This document shows, piece after piece, positions 1 through 7,999 of a stretch of DNA of 31,873 nt; position 1 is the first letter of the stretch, and each line of letters starts with the position of its first letter. This DNA is from an uncultured archaeon (GTDB taxonomy: Archaea > Asgardarchaeota > Lokiarchaeia > Sigyniarchaeales > Promethearchaeaceae), in assembly GCA_964426185.1 (NCBI GenBank), contig CAYRPF010000034.1, positions 1-31,873 on the forward strand, written 5' to 3'. The notes below the pieces were generated by a model. That model searched no databases, was not told the DNA's origin, and was given only the letters and a program-made list of their open reading frames with translations. The position numbers and the translations under genes are program-made.

Positions 1-51
1 TTTCAATGGGTAAAATTTTTTTTCATAGTTTTTGCTTAGTGATTTAACCAT
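1..51 (-). CDS. Possible 5' end of a gene running off the left edge of the window (MVKSLSKNYEKKFYPLK...)
   Basis: ATG at 51 opens a frame that stays open to position 1; a BRE/TATA-like GAAAAACGTTTTATA lies about 32 nt upstream on the minus strand. Confidence 0.35.
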   Translation of the reverse strand, partial: MVKSLSKNYEKKFYPLK

Positions 52-353
52 TATCCGGAAATCCCAAAATGGACGATGATCCTATAAAACGTTTTTCATC
101 CAGTTCAACTCTTTAATCATCAACAAATTATTGTTCACATGAGAATGATCAGAAATTGCCGCTAAAATTTGTGGAAAACCAGCATCCAATCATCTCAGCT
201 ACCCCCCGAAATTCAGCGCTTTCTCACCGAAGAACTCGGCAAAGAACGTGAATTAAGCTAATTTTGGCTGAAAACTTGAAAAAAATGCGAATTTTTACCA
301 AAAAAAAAATTACTCCATTCTGTTCTAAAATAGAAAATACAGAAATTACGTAA

Positions 354-426
354 AGCCAGGTATGAGATTTGCACTCATGTAAAGAGGATCTGCAGTCCCC
401 CGCCTTAACTACTTGGCTAACCTGGC
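354..426 (-). tRNA. tRNA-Cys (anticodon GCA), intronless, CCA not encoded
   Basis: Reverse complement folds as a cloverleaf: acceptor GCCAGGT/ACCTGGC, D stem GCC/GGC, anticodon arm GGGGA-CTGCAGA-TCCTC, T arm ATGAG-TGCAAAT-CTCAT, discriminator U73 typical of tRNA-Cys; divergent from cysS. Confidence 0.96.
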
Positions 427-556
427 ACTTGTGAAATTAAAACAAATACCTTTTACATCATGTTACAAAGTTAATTCAGATTAAAATTTTTTGAATTCGC
501 GAGAATTTCATTATAAGAGCACAAACTTAAATTAATATTTCGTACTACACCTTCCT

Positions 557-2035
557 ATGATAACCATTTACGATGATCTATTGAATGAATATCGAGAATT
601 TAAACCAATTCGTGAAGGTTTCGTCTCCATGTATGTTTGTGGTATAACAGCCTACGACTCACCACATATTGGACATGCTCGGTCAGCGGTTTCATTTGAT
701 ATAATTCGGCGTTATTTAGAATTCCACGGCTATGAAGTGAAATTTGTGATGAATTACACCGATGTGGATGATAAAATGATCGCCCGGGCTAATGAAGAAG
801 AGACAACTATTTACGAGATTTCAGAAAAGTATATCAAGGAATATGAAGAGATGCAAAAGGCACTAAGGATAAAGCCCCCTACAGTTAAGCCGCGTGCAAC
901 ACAAGAAATTCCCGATATGATCAAAATGATTCAGATTTTAGAAGAAAAAGGCTATACATATGAATCGGGTGGTAGTGTTTATTTCGATACTTCTAGAATG
1001 GAAGGATACAAAACTTTATTCCAAAAGAAAGAAAAAATAAACGGTGATGATGAAGATGATTCGGGTTCAGAATATACTCAATCGGCATTTGCTGATGAAA
1101 AGAGAAACATCGAGGATTTTGTATTATGGAAAAAAGAGAAACCCGGAGAACCATCGTGGGATTCACCATGGGGAAAAGGTCGCCCTGGCTGGCATATTGA
1201 ATGCTCTGTCATGGCTCAAAAGTATTTAGGGCCTACCATTGATATTCATGGCGGGGGGAAAGATTTGAAACGTCCCCACCATCAAAATGAGATCGCTCAA
1301 TCAGAATGTGCCACAGGACATAAATTTGTAAATTACTGGATGCATAATGGCTTTCTGAATATAAACAGTGAAAAAATGTCAAAATCGTTAGGCAACTTTA
1401 TTCCGTTAATGGATTTGTTAGAAAAAGCATCCGGTACTTTGATTCGCTATTATTTTGCCACTTCATATTATAAAAGACCAATGGATTTTAGTATGGACAA
1501 ACTGGATGAAGCAAAAAAAAATTTGGAGAAAATCCAGAAATTTTACATCCAATTGAAAGAATATCCTACAGTTAAAGCAGATTCATCTCCAGATTCGCAA
1601 TATTTATTAGATCTACAGCGTGCTGAAGTTAAAAAATTCCAAGATGGATTTTTAGAGGCAATGGATTTTGATTTTAATTCGGCTAAAGCCATGGGATTCT
1701 TATTTGCTTTAATTAATTTCATGCAGAAAAAGGTAATGAATATCAATGCAGCACTTTTTGAATCTGTAAAGCAAGATTTGATTAACTTCTTGGAAGACAT
1801 TGATAATGTTTTTCAATTTATAGTTCCTTCATCCGATTCCAAAGAAAGCCAAGAAAAAGATTCTAAATGGAAGAAGATGTTAGATGATCTAATTGAAGAT
1901 CTACTCTCTTGGAGAAAGGAAATGAAAAAGGAAAAACAATGGGTGATCGCAGATCAGATTCGCGAATTGGTCTCAAAACATGGGATAAAAATTGAAGATC
2001 AAGGTATAGATTACAAGTGGGAATTTGAATTTTAA
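557..2035 (+). CDS. cysS: Cysteine--tRNA ligase (class I)
   Basis: YVCGIT, HIGH, TDVDDK, DFVLWK, WGKGRPGWHIECS, DIHGGG, PHHQNE and KMSKSLGN motifs; C-terminal anticodon-binding helical domain (ADQIR). Confidence 0.98.
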   Translation: MITIYDDLLNEYREFKPIREGFVSMYVCGITAYDSPHIGHARSAVSFDIIRRYLEFHGYEVKFVMNYTDVDDKMIARANEEETTIYEISEKYIKEYEEMQKALRIKPPTVKPRATQEIPDMIKMIQILEEKGYTYESGGSVYFDTSRMEGYKTLFQKKEKINGDDEDDSGSEYTQSAFADEKRNIEDFVLWKKEKPGEPSWDSPWGKGRPGWHIECSVMAQKYLGPTIDIHGGGKDLKRPHHQNEIAQSECATGHKFVNYWMHNGFLNINSEKMSKSLGNFIPLMDLLEKASGTLIRYYFATSYYKRPMDFSMDKLDEAKKNLEKIQKFYIQLKEYPTVKADSSPDSQYLLDLQRAEVKKFQDGFLEAMDFDFNSAKAMGFLFALINFMQKKVMNINAALFESVKQDLINFLEDIDNVFQFIVPSSDSKESQEKDSKWKKMLDDLIEDLLSWRKEMKKEKQWVIADQIRELVSKHGIKIEDQGIDYKWEFEF

Positions 2036-2045
2036 AAAAAAAAAA

Positions 2046-2669
2046 TTACTTTTTCCGCTTTTTTTTTCGTAATTGACGGGCATTTTCGAATAATTCTTTG
2101 GCTTTGGCCAATTGTTCTTGAGCTTTTTGGTCAGAAGGATTGGTGTCGAGAATTCTTTTAAAAGCTAGAATTGCTTGTTCAAAACGGTTTAATTCCATAT
2201 TAATCAAACCGATATTATACCATGGTTCCAATGCATCTTCTTTAATTTTTAAGGCATGAATAAAAAAATCGCGTGCTTTAGAATATTCTTTTTGAGAGAG
2301 ATAGTATTTTCCTTGAATAATGTCATTTTCATATTTGGAATTAAGATCTGCTTGTAATTCTTCATCTTCTTTAATTGGAACAGCAATGGGACCTCTGTTC
2401 AAAGTGATATCTTGAAGACGCTTTCTGAAGGTCAAAAAAGCAAGAATTAATAAAACAAATGTGGTTACCATTAAGCTTCCCAGCCCATTAACAAAAACCG
2501 ATAAAAGAGTTGTAACCACTGCCAGACCAATCAGAGAAAATGTTACAAATTTTACTTTTTTAGAGGGAATTCTTTGTTCTATTAATTTATAGAGAATATA
2601 AAACAACGCACCTCCAACAATGCTTGACAAGCTTATTGGGTCAATTGAATTCAGATCAAGAAGAGACAT
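2046..2669 (-). CDS. Membrane protein, about 3 N-terminal TM helices plus C-terminal TPR repeats (start probably MSLLDL at 2669; ORF track starts at 2735)
   Basis: Three hydrophobic segments, then TPR consensus (WYNIGLINMELNRFEQAILAFKRILDTNP). Confidence 0.8.
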   Translation of the reverse strand: MSLLDLNSIDPISLSSIVGGALFYILYKLIEQRIPSKKVKFVTFSLIGLAVVTTLLSVFVNGLGSLMVTTFVLLILAFLTFRKRLQDITLNRGPIAVPIKEDEELQADLNSKYENDIIQGKYYLSQKEYSKARDFFIHALKIKEDALEPWYNIGLINMELNRFEQAILAFKRILDTNPSDQKAQEQLAKAKELFENARQLRKKKRKK

Positions 2670-2792
2670 AAATCTATAATTGCTAATGTTGGATATAAAA
2701 AAAAATTTGGTAATATTTTGAATTTGATCGAACATAATTCTTATAAGGGTAAGGGATTGATATTGTTACTATTAGGATAACGAGGGAAAACC

Positions 2793-5666
2793 GTGGCGAC
2801 CGCATATTATTTAGACCATGAAGTTGAAACTCCCGCCCACATGCAATCAATTGAGAGCATTCTCAAACGATTTCATAGTTCACCGGAAGGTTTAACGACT
2901 GAAATTGCAACTACCCGATTAAAAAAGGCAGGATCAAATGAAATCCCCAAACCTCGACGGAGCTTCTATCAAAGATATATTAAACCTGTAGTAAATCTAA
3001 TGATGCTGATTTTGTTTTTTGCAGCATTAATTCAGATCTTCTTCTATTATAAATATCATGAGGGATCTCTTTTCGGTCCTGTTGTAATTATTGTAATTTT
3101 GATTTTAAATTTAATAATTGGGATGCGTCAGCAATATAAAGCCGAAAAAACGCTGGACGCTTTGGAAAAATTAACAGCATTTAAAGCAAAGGTCCTTCGG
3201 GATGGAAAAAGAGTAGAAATTCCTACGGATAAAATTGTCCCAGGGGATATTATGATTCTCTCTCAAGGAGATTATATTTCTGCAGATGCTCGTTTAATTG
3301 AAGCAAATGATTTTTCTGTAAATGAATCCGTCTTAACTGGTGAAACAAATCCAGTGTCTAAAATCGTTGAACAACTTGATAAACGTGAACTCCCTCTTCA
3401 AGATCGAATAAATATGGTTTTTAGCTCAACGTTTGTGGCTTCAGGTAATGCAAAAGCCGTTATCACGGCCACAGGGGTATATACAGAAATTGGGAAAATT
3501 TCAAAGGGAGTCGCATTAAAAGAAACTCGTAGCATACCACTTCAACACCAAATGAATAGATTAGCTACCGGTTTAGGTCTTTTAGTGTTGGGAGTAATTA
3601 TAGCTCTTTTTATTGTCCAGTATCTAAGAACGGGTCTAACAGATTTAATTCAGCAAATTAGTTGGCTGATTTATTTAGCAGTAGCTGCAATCCCTCTGAA
3701 TTTTCCCATTATTACTACCCTTATTTTACTCTCTGGAGTAATTCAATTGGCGAAAAAACAAGCAATTGTACGTAATTTGAATGCTGTTGAAACCATGGGT
3801 AGACTGACATATATCTGTACCGATAAAACGGGAACACTGACTAAAAACGAGATGACGGTCCAGAAAATTTACCACGATGATAAAATTTATACTGTTGAGG
3901 GAATCGGATATCAACCCGAGGGACAAATAACTCTCAACGACCATCCAGTCGATTTCAGGAAAGAACTTTATCTATGGAAAATGATTAGCATCGGAGCGGT
4001 AAATAATAACGCCCAGTTACAAGAAGAAACAGCCAAACTTAAAAAAGGAAATATTAAGCGGATGAAAGTTTTTGGAATGCCTACAGAAGGAGCCTTACTT
4101 ACTTTAGCTCTTAAAGCAGGCATAAATCCAGATGCCGAAAAAGCGAGTTGTGAGATCTTAAGGGAATTTAGCTTTAGTTCTGAACGAAAACGTATGACTA
4201 AGATAGTCCGACGTGAAGGTCTTCTACAAGCAATTACTAAAGGGGCAGTGGAAGTTCTTTTACCTCTGAGTACTCACACAATAATCAATGGAGAAATTCA
4301 ACCATTAACTGATGAAATCAAGGAAAAAATTCTTGATTCTACTCAAGGTTTTGCCAAAAAAGGTCTACGAACTTTGGGTTTTGGCTACATTTCGTTAGAT
4401 GAAAATGAAGATGTTAAGAATATTTCGTCAGCAGATGCAGAAAAGAATTTGATATTCTTAGGTTTTATGGGAATTCTTGATCCGCCTCGGGAAGGAGTCC
4501 CAGAAGCGGTAAAAATATGTCAAGATGCAGGCATAAAAGTCACCATGATAACGGGAGACCATCCGATGACTGCAGTTGCGATTGCCAAAGCAACCAATAT
4601 TTATAAAAAGGGGGATTTAGTTGCAACAGGTGCAGAAATTAAAAAAATGGATGCAGATACCATCGCTAAAACCTCTATTTTCTCAAGAGTTGCTCCTGAA
4701 GATAAAGAAATCATTGTAAAATCTCTTCAAAGTAAGGATCAAATAGTTGCTATGACTGGAGATGGAGTAAATGATGCACTAGCTCTGGAAAACGCAGATG
4801 TTGGAATAGCAATGGGTTTGAAAGGAACTGATGTGGCAAAAAATGCGGCAGATCTTGTTTTAACGGATGATTCATTTAAAACAATCGAAAATGCGTTGTA
4901 CCACGGCCGAGGCTTATTTAATAACATTCGATCTACTATTGTTTATTTATTAATAATCGATTTGATGGAATTGGCAGTATTAACCACCATTTCTTTGCTA
5001 TTTGGTGAAGAATTCCTAAACTCATTCCAATTAATTATTTTATACGCCACTATTCATTTCTTTCCTCCAATTGGGTTAATTTTTGATAATTACTCACTTG
5101 ATATCATGAAAGAGCCACCAAAAAAGAAAAATGAGCCCATGATTACTCGATCTTTTAAGGTAATGATGGGGATTCAAATAATATTCATTGGATTGCTTCT
5201 AATCGGTATTTGGCATGCAGTGTATAATGGAGTAATTCCCTTAACTCCCGAAAATTTAACAGATATTTCATTTACCAATCCAATAACGAGAGTTGGACAT
5301 GTGGGATACGTATATAATGGAGAATATATTGTCTATGAACCGGGGGTAAATGATCAACTCTTTCGGATCTTTAAATCTCAATCTATGGCCTTAGTAACTT
5401 TATTCCTATGTGAAATTTGGGTTGCAATTGAATGTCGTTCATATTGGAAGAGCTTTTTGAAAAATCAATTTAATCTGGTTATGAGCATCTTACTATGGTT
5501 TTCAATCGCAATTTTGATATTTTTAACTCAAAATCCAGTTGCAAGGGCTTATCTTAATATTCTTCCTCTAAATCAAATGGATTGGATTATTTCGGTGGGG
5601 TTGTCTTTAGTTTTCCTACTATTTGTTGAAATATTAAAAGCAATTATTCGCTCCCGCCGTCACTAA
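2793..5666 (+). CDS. P-type ATPase with type IIA (SERCA/PMR1-like) architecture and non-canonical membrane ion-binding residues; GTG start
   Basis: DKTGTLT phosphorylation site, LTGET, FSSERKRM, KGA, DPPR, MITGDH, TGDGVND, about 10 TM helices; TM4 reads AAIPLNFP instead of AAIPEGLP. Confidence 0.95.
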   Translation: MATAYYLDHEVETPAHMQSIESILKRFHSSPEGLTTEIATTRLKKAGSNEIPKPRRSFYQRYIKPVVNLMMLILFFAALIQIFFYYKYHEGSLFGPVVIIVILILNLIIGMRQQYKAEKTLDALEKLTAFKAKVLRDGKRVEIPTDKIVPGDIMILSQGDYISADARLIEANDFSVNESVLTGETNPVSKIVEQLDKRELPLQDRINMVFSSTFVASGNAKAVITATGVYTEIGKISKGVALKETRSIPLQHQMNRLATGLGLLVLGVIIALFIVQYLRTGLTDLIQQISWLIYLAVAAIPLNFPIITTLILLSGVIQLAKKQAIVRNLNAVETMGRLTYICTDKTGTLTKNEMTVQKIYHDDKIYTVEGIGYQPEGQITLNDHPVDFRKELYLWKMISIGAVNNNAQLQEETAKLKKGNIKRMKVFGMPTEGALLTLALKAGINPDAEKASCEILREFSFSSERKRMTKIVRREGLLQAITKGAVEVLLPLSTHTIINGEIQPLTDEIKEKILDSTQGFAKKGLRTLGFGYISLDENEDVKNISSADAEKNLIFLGFMGILDPPREGVPEAVKICQDAGIKVTMITGDHPMTAVAIAKATNIYKKGDLVATGAEIKKMDADTIAKTSIFSRVAPEDKEIIVKSLQSKDQIVAMTGDGVNDALALENADVGIAMGLKGTDVAKNAADLVLTDDSFKTIENALYHGRGLFNNIRSTIVYLLIIDLMELAVLTTISLLFGEEFLNSFQLIILYATIHFFPPIGLIFDNYSLDIMKEPPKKKNEPMITRSFKVMMGIQIIFIGLLLIGIWHAVYNGVIPLTPENLTDISFTNPITRVGHVGYVYNGEYIVYEPGVNDQLFRIFKSQSMALVTLFLCEIWVAIECRSYWKSFLKNQFNLVMSILLWFSIAILIFLTQNPVARAYLNILPLNQMDWIISVGLSLVFLLFVEILKAIIRSRRH

Positions 5667-6765
5667 TACCTTTTTTCCTTTTCTTTTCTCTCTTTCTTTT
5701 CTCTTTCTTTTTCTCATCTTTTTTACTTTCAGTTGAGAAAAAATATTCTGCAAATTCAAAACTTCGTTTGTATGCTTCTTTTTTAGAAATTGTCGGTTCA
5801 ATTTTGTATTTATCTTCCTTTTGAGATAAATGGGGTAATTTTTCCACTAATTCTGTCATAAATCCTTTAAATTTCTCTCGATTTATTATTTTAAATTTTT
5901 CTATAAATTCATCGAATGTAAAAATTCCACCTTGAAGAAGTATTTTCTCAAATTCTTTTCGCTCTTTACTCCGTCGTCTCATCATTTTATCAAAATTTAT
6001 GCTTAGGAATATCCATATGAAAATAAACACTGAACTAAAGCTAATGAGATCGGTTTGTGGATTGACGGTTTCCGATGGTCGGAATAAAAAGAGAATTTTC
6101 CCCCACCAATAATAGTTGGCAACATCTTCAAAGAAATTTGGATCGATACTCCCTACAACATAACCTAAAAAACAAGTGATACCGGTTAAAATAGTTTTTC
6201 CAATAACACAAGGTAGAAATGTCTTGTAATAAGGATATTTCATTAAACCCATGGGAACTAAGATCATGTCATCCGGTAATGGAGAAGCGGCAAATACAAA
6301 CACAATTAAAGGAACAACTCGAGGATTTCTTTCAAATTGTTCTTTCATTCGGTGAAATTTCTCTCCTACTTCAGATTCTTTCACAGATTTTACAGACCCA
6401 ATTAATCTCCCTATGTAATAACTGATAAATTCACCTAAAGCAGCCCCCAAACCGCTAAGTAATCCAATCCAAATCCATGCATGGGGATTTTCGATGGTTA
6501 ATGTATAAATTACCAAGACGTAAGGGATTATGATCATGACTGAACTGTTGCCGATAATGGAAATAAGAAAGGATATTAGTAGATAATTTGTTGAATTTGT
6601 GCCGATATCGCGAGACCATTGAGAAATATTCTCAATTGTCGTGTATAATGGAGTGCCTTCTCGTACAACCACAACAAGAGTATAGATAATGATCAAAATA
6701 ACTAAAGTAAAAATATCAATAAATCTGAAGCGTAACGTTTTTTTTCCGAAATGAATATCTACCAT
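5644..6765 (-). CDS. DedA/VTT (SNARE-associated Golgi protein-like) membrane protein with soluble C-terminal extension
   Basis: GLGAALGEFISYYIGR, FAASPLPDD and GLMKYPYYKTFLPCVIGK match the archaeal DedA/VTT pattern; overlaps the ATPase 3' end by 23 bp. Confidence 0.85.
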   Translation of the reverse strand: MVDIHFGKKTLRFRFIDIFTLVILIIIYTLVVVVREGTPLYTTIENISQWSRDIGTNSTNYLLISFLISIIGNSSVMIIIPYVLVIYTLTIENPHAWIWIGLLSGLGAALGEFISYYIGRLIGSVKSVKESEVGEKFHRMKEQFERNPRVVPLIVFVFAASPLPDDMILVPMGLMKYPYYKTFLPCVIGKTILTGITCFLGYVVGSIDPNFFEDVANYYWWGKILFLFRPSETVNPQTDLISFSSVFIFIWIFLSINFDKMMRRRSKERKEFEKILLQGGIFTFDEFIEKFKIINREKFKGFMTELVEKLPHLSQKEDKYKIEPTISKKEAYKRSFEFAEYFFSTESKKDEKKKEKRKREKKRKKGISDGGSE

Positions 6766-6828
6766 ATTTTTTTATTAGCACGTTCCCCTATAAGAATTTT
6801 AATAAAGTGCATCTAAGATTAAATTAGA

Positions 6829-7947
6829 ATGAAATTAATCCTTCCGATAGCTGGAGTAGGGCAGCGATTACGCCCATTTACATTTAGTAAACCTAAAGGA
6901 TTTGTTACCATTGCAGGATCCCGTGGTGTAGATCATATCCTTACCAAAATTGGAGCCAATCTCCCTAAAGAAACACCATTATGCATGATTACAGGATATA
7001 AAAGCCTACAAATTATGCAATATATGAATAAAACATACAAGGAAAAATTCGCAATTGATTATATCGAACAGACACCAGTTGGATATCAAGCGGACATACC
7101 TTATTTCTCTGGATTGGGGCATGCAATTTTGTTAACTAAAGATTGGTTTTATAATACTTCTGATGTTGTTGTTCCAGGGCGAGAACCTGATGAAACTCTA
7201 ATATTTCTAAGTGATATGATTCCTGTACGAGATTATAAATTCATTGTAGACGCTTTAGGAAATGTGAAATATGATGGGGTAATTGGCTCCATGATTGTAC
7301 CTCCTGAAAAAACACAGTTTTATGGAATATTAGAAACTGATGAAGAAAATATCATAACCAATATGGTTGAAAAGCCAAAACAGACAAATTCTACTCAAGC
7401 GATATCGGGAGTTTATGCATTTAAAGCAAAAACAATACGGAGATTATATGAGATTTTGGATCAGCAATTCAGCCAACATGAATCTGAAATTCAGCAGGGA
7501 ATTAGACAACGAATGGAATTTCAATTTACTCCAGCCCTTCAACAGTTAGTTGAAGAAGGATTTTGCATACTCAGTGCCCCATTTTCTGATGGAATTTTAG
7601 ATTTTGGCAGACCAGAAGCATTATTAGAGAGCAATCGAATTTTATTAGAAGCCCATCAAGCCAGAGTGGAAGGTGAAATTGCCAAAATCGAAAATTCTTA
7701 TATAGAAAATCCTTGTGCGATTGGAGCAGGAACTAAAATAACTCGATCTGTAATTGGTCCATACGTCAGTATCGGGAAGAGTTGTGTGATAGAAGACTGT
7801 AATTTACAAAATGTTGTGATTGGAGACCACTGCTACCTAAAAAACATCATTACTGCAGAGTCAATTATTGGAGATGAGGTAAAAATCGATTCTGTAATAA
7901 AAAATAAGATTACTTTGGGGGATAACAGTTACTTGCTGGAATTATAG
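6829..7947 (+). CDS. Sugar-1-phosphate nucleotidyltransferase with C-terminal left-handed beta-helix
   Basis: AGVGQRLRPFTFSKPK signature, GLGHAI, VEKP, DFGRPE and hexapeptide repeats (IGPYVSIGKSCVI). Confidence 0.9.
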   Translation: MKLILPIAGVGQRLRPFTFSKPKGFVTIAGSRGVDHILTKIGANLPKETPLCMITGYKSLQIMQYMNKTYKEKFAIDYIEQTPVGYQADIPYFSGLGHAILLTKDWFYNTSDVVVPGREPDETLIFLSDMIPVRDYKFIVDALGNVKYDGVIGSMIVPPEKTQFYGILETDEENIITNMVEKPKQTNSTQAISGVYAFKAKTIRRLYEILDQQFSQHESEIQQGIRQRMEFQFTPALQQLVEEGFCILSAPFSDGILDFGRPEALLESNRILLEAHQARVEGEIAKIENSYIENPCAIGAGTKITRSVIGPYVSIGKSCVIEDCNLQNVVIGDHCYLKNIITAESIIGDEVKIDSVIKNKITLGDNSYLLEL

Positions 7948-7999
7948 CTCTTTCCCCAAAATTTTATTTATTTTCAGAGTGAATAAATTATAGAGAAAA

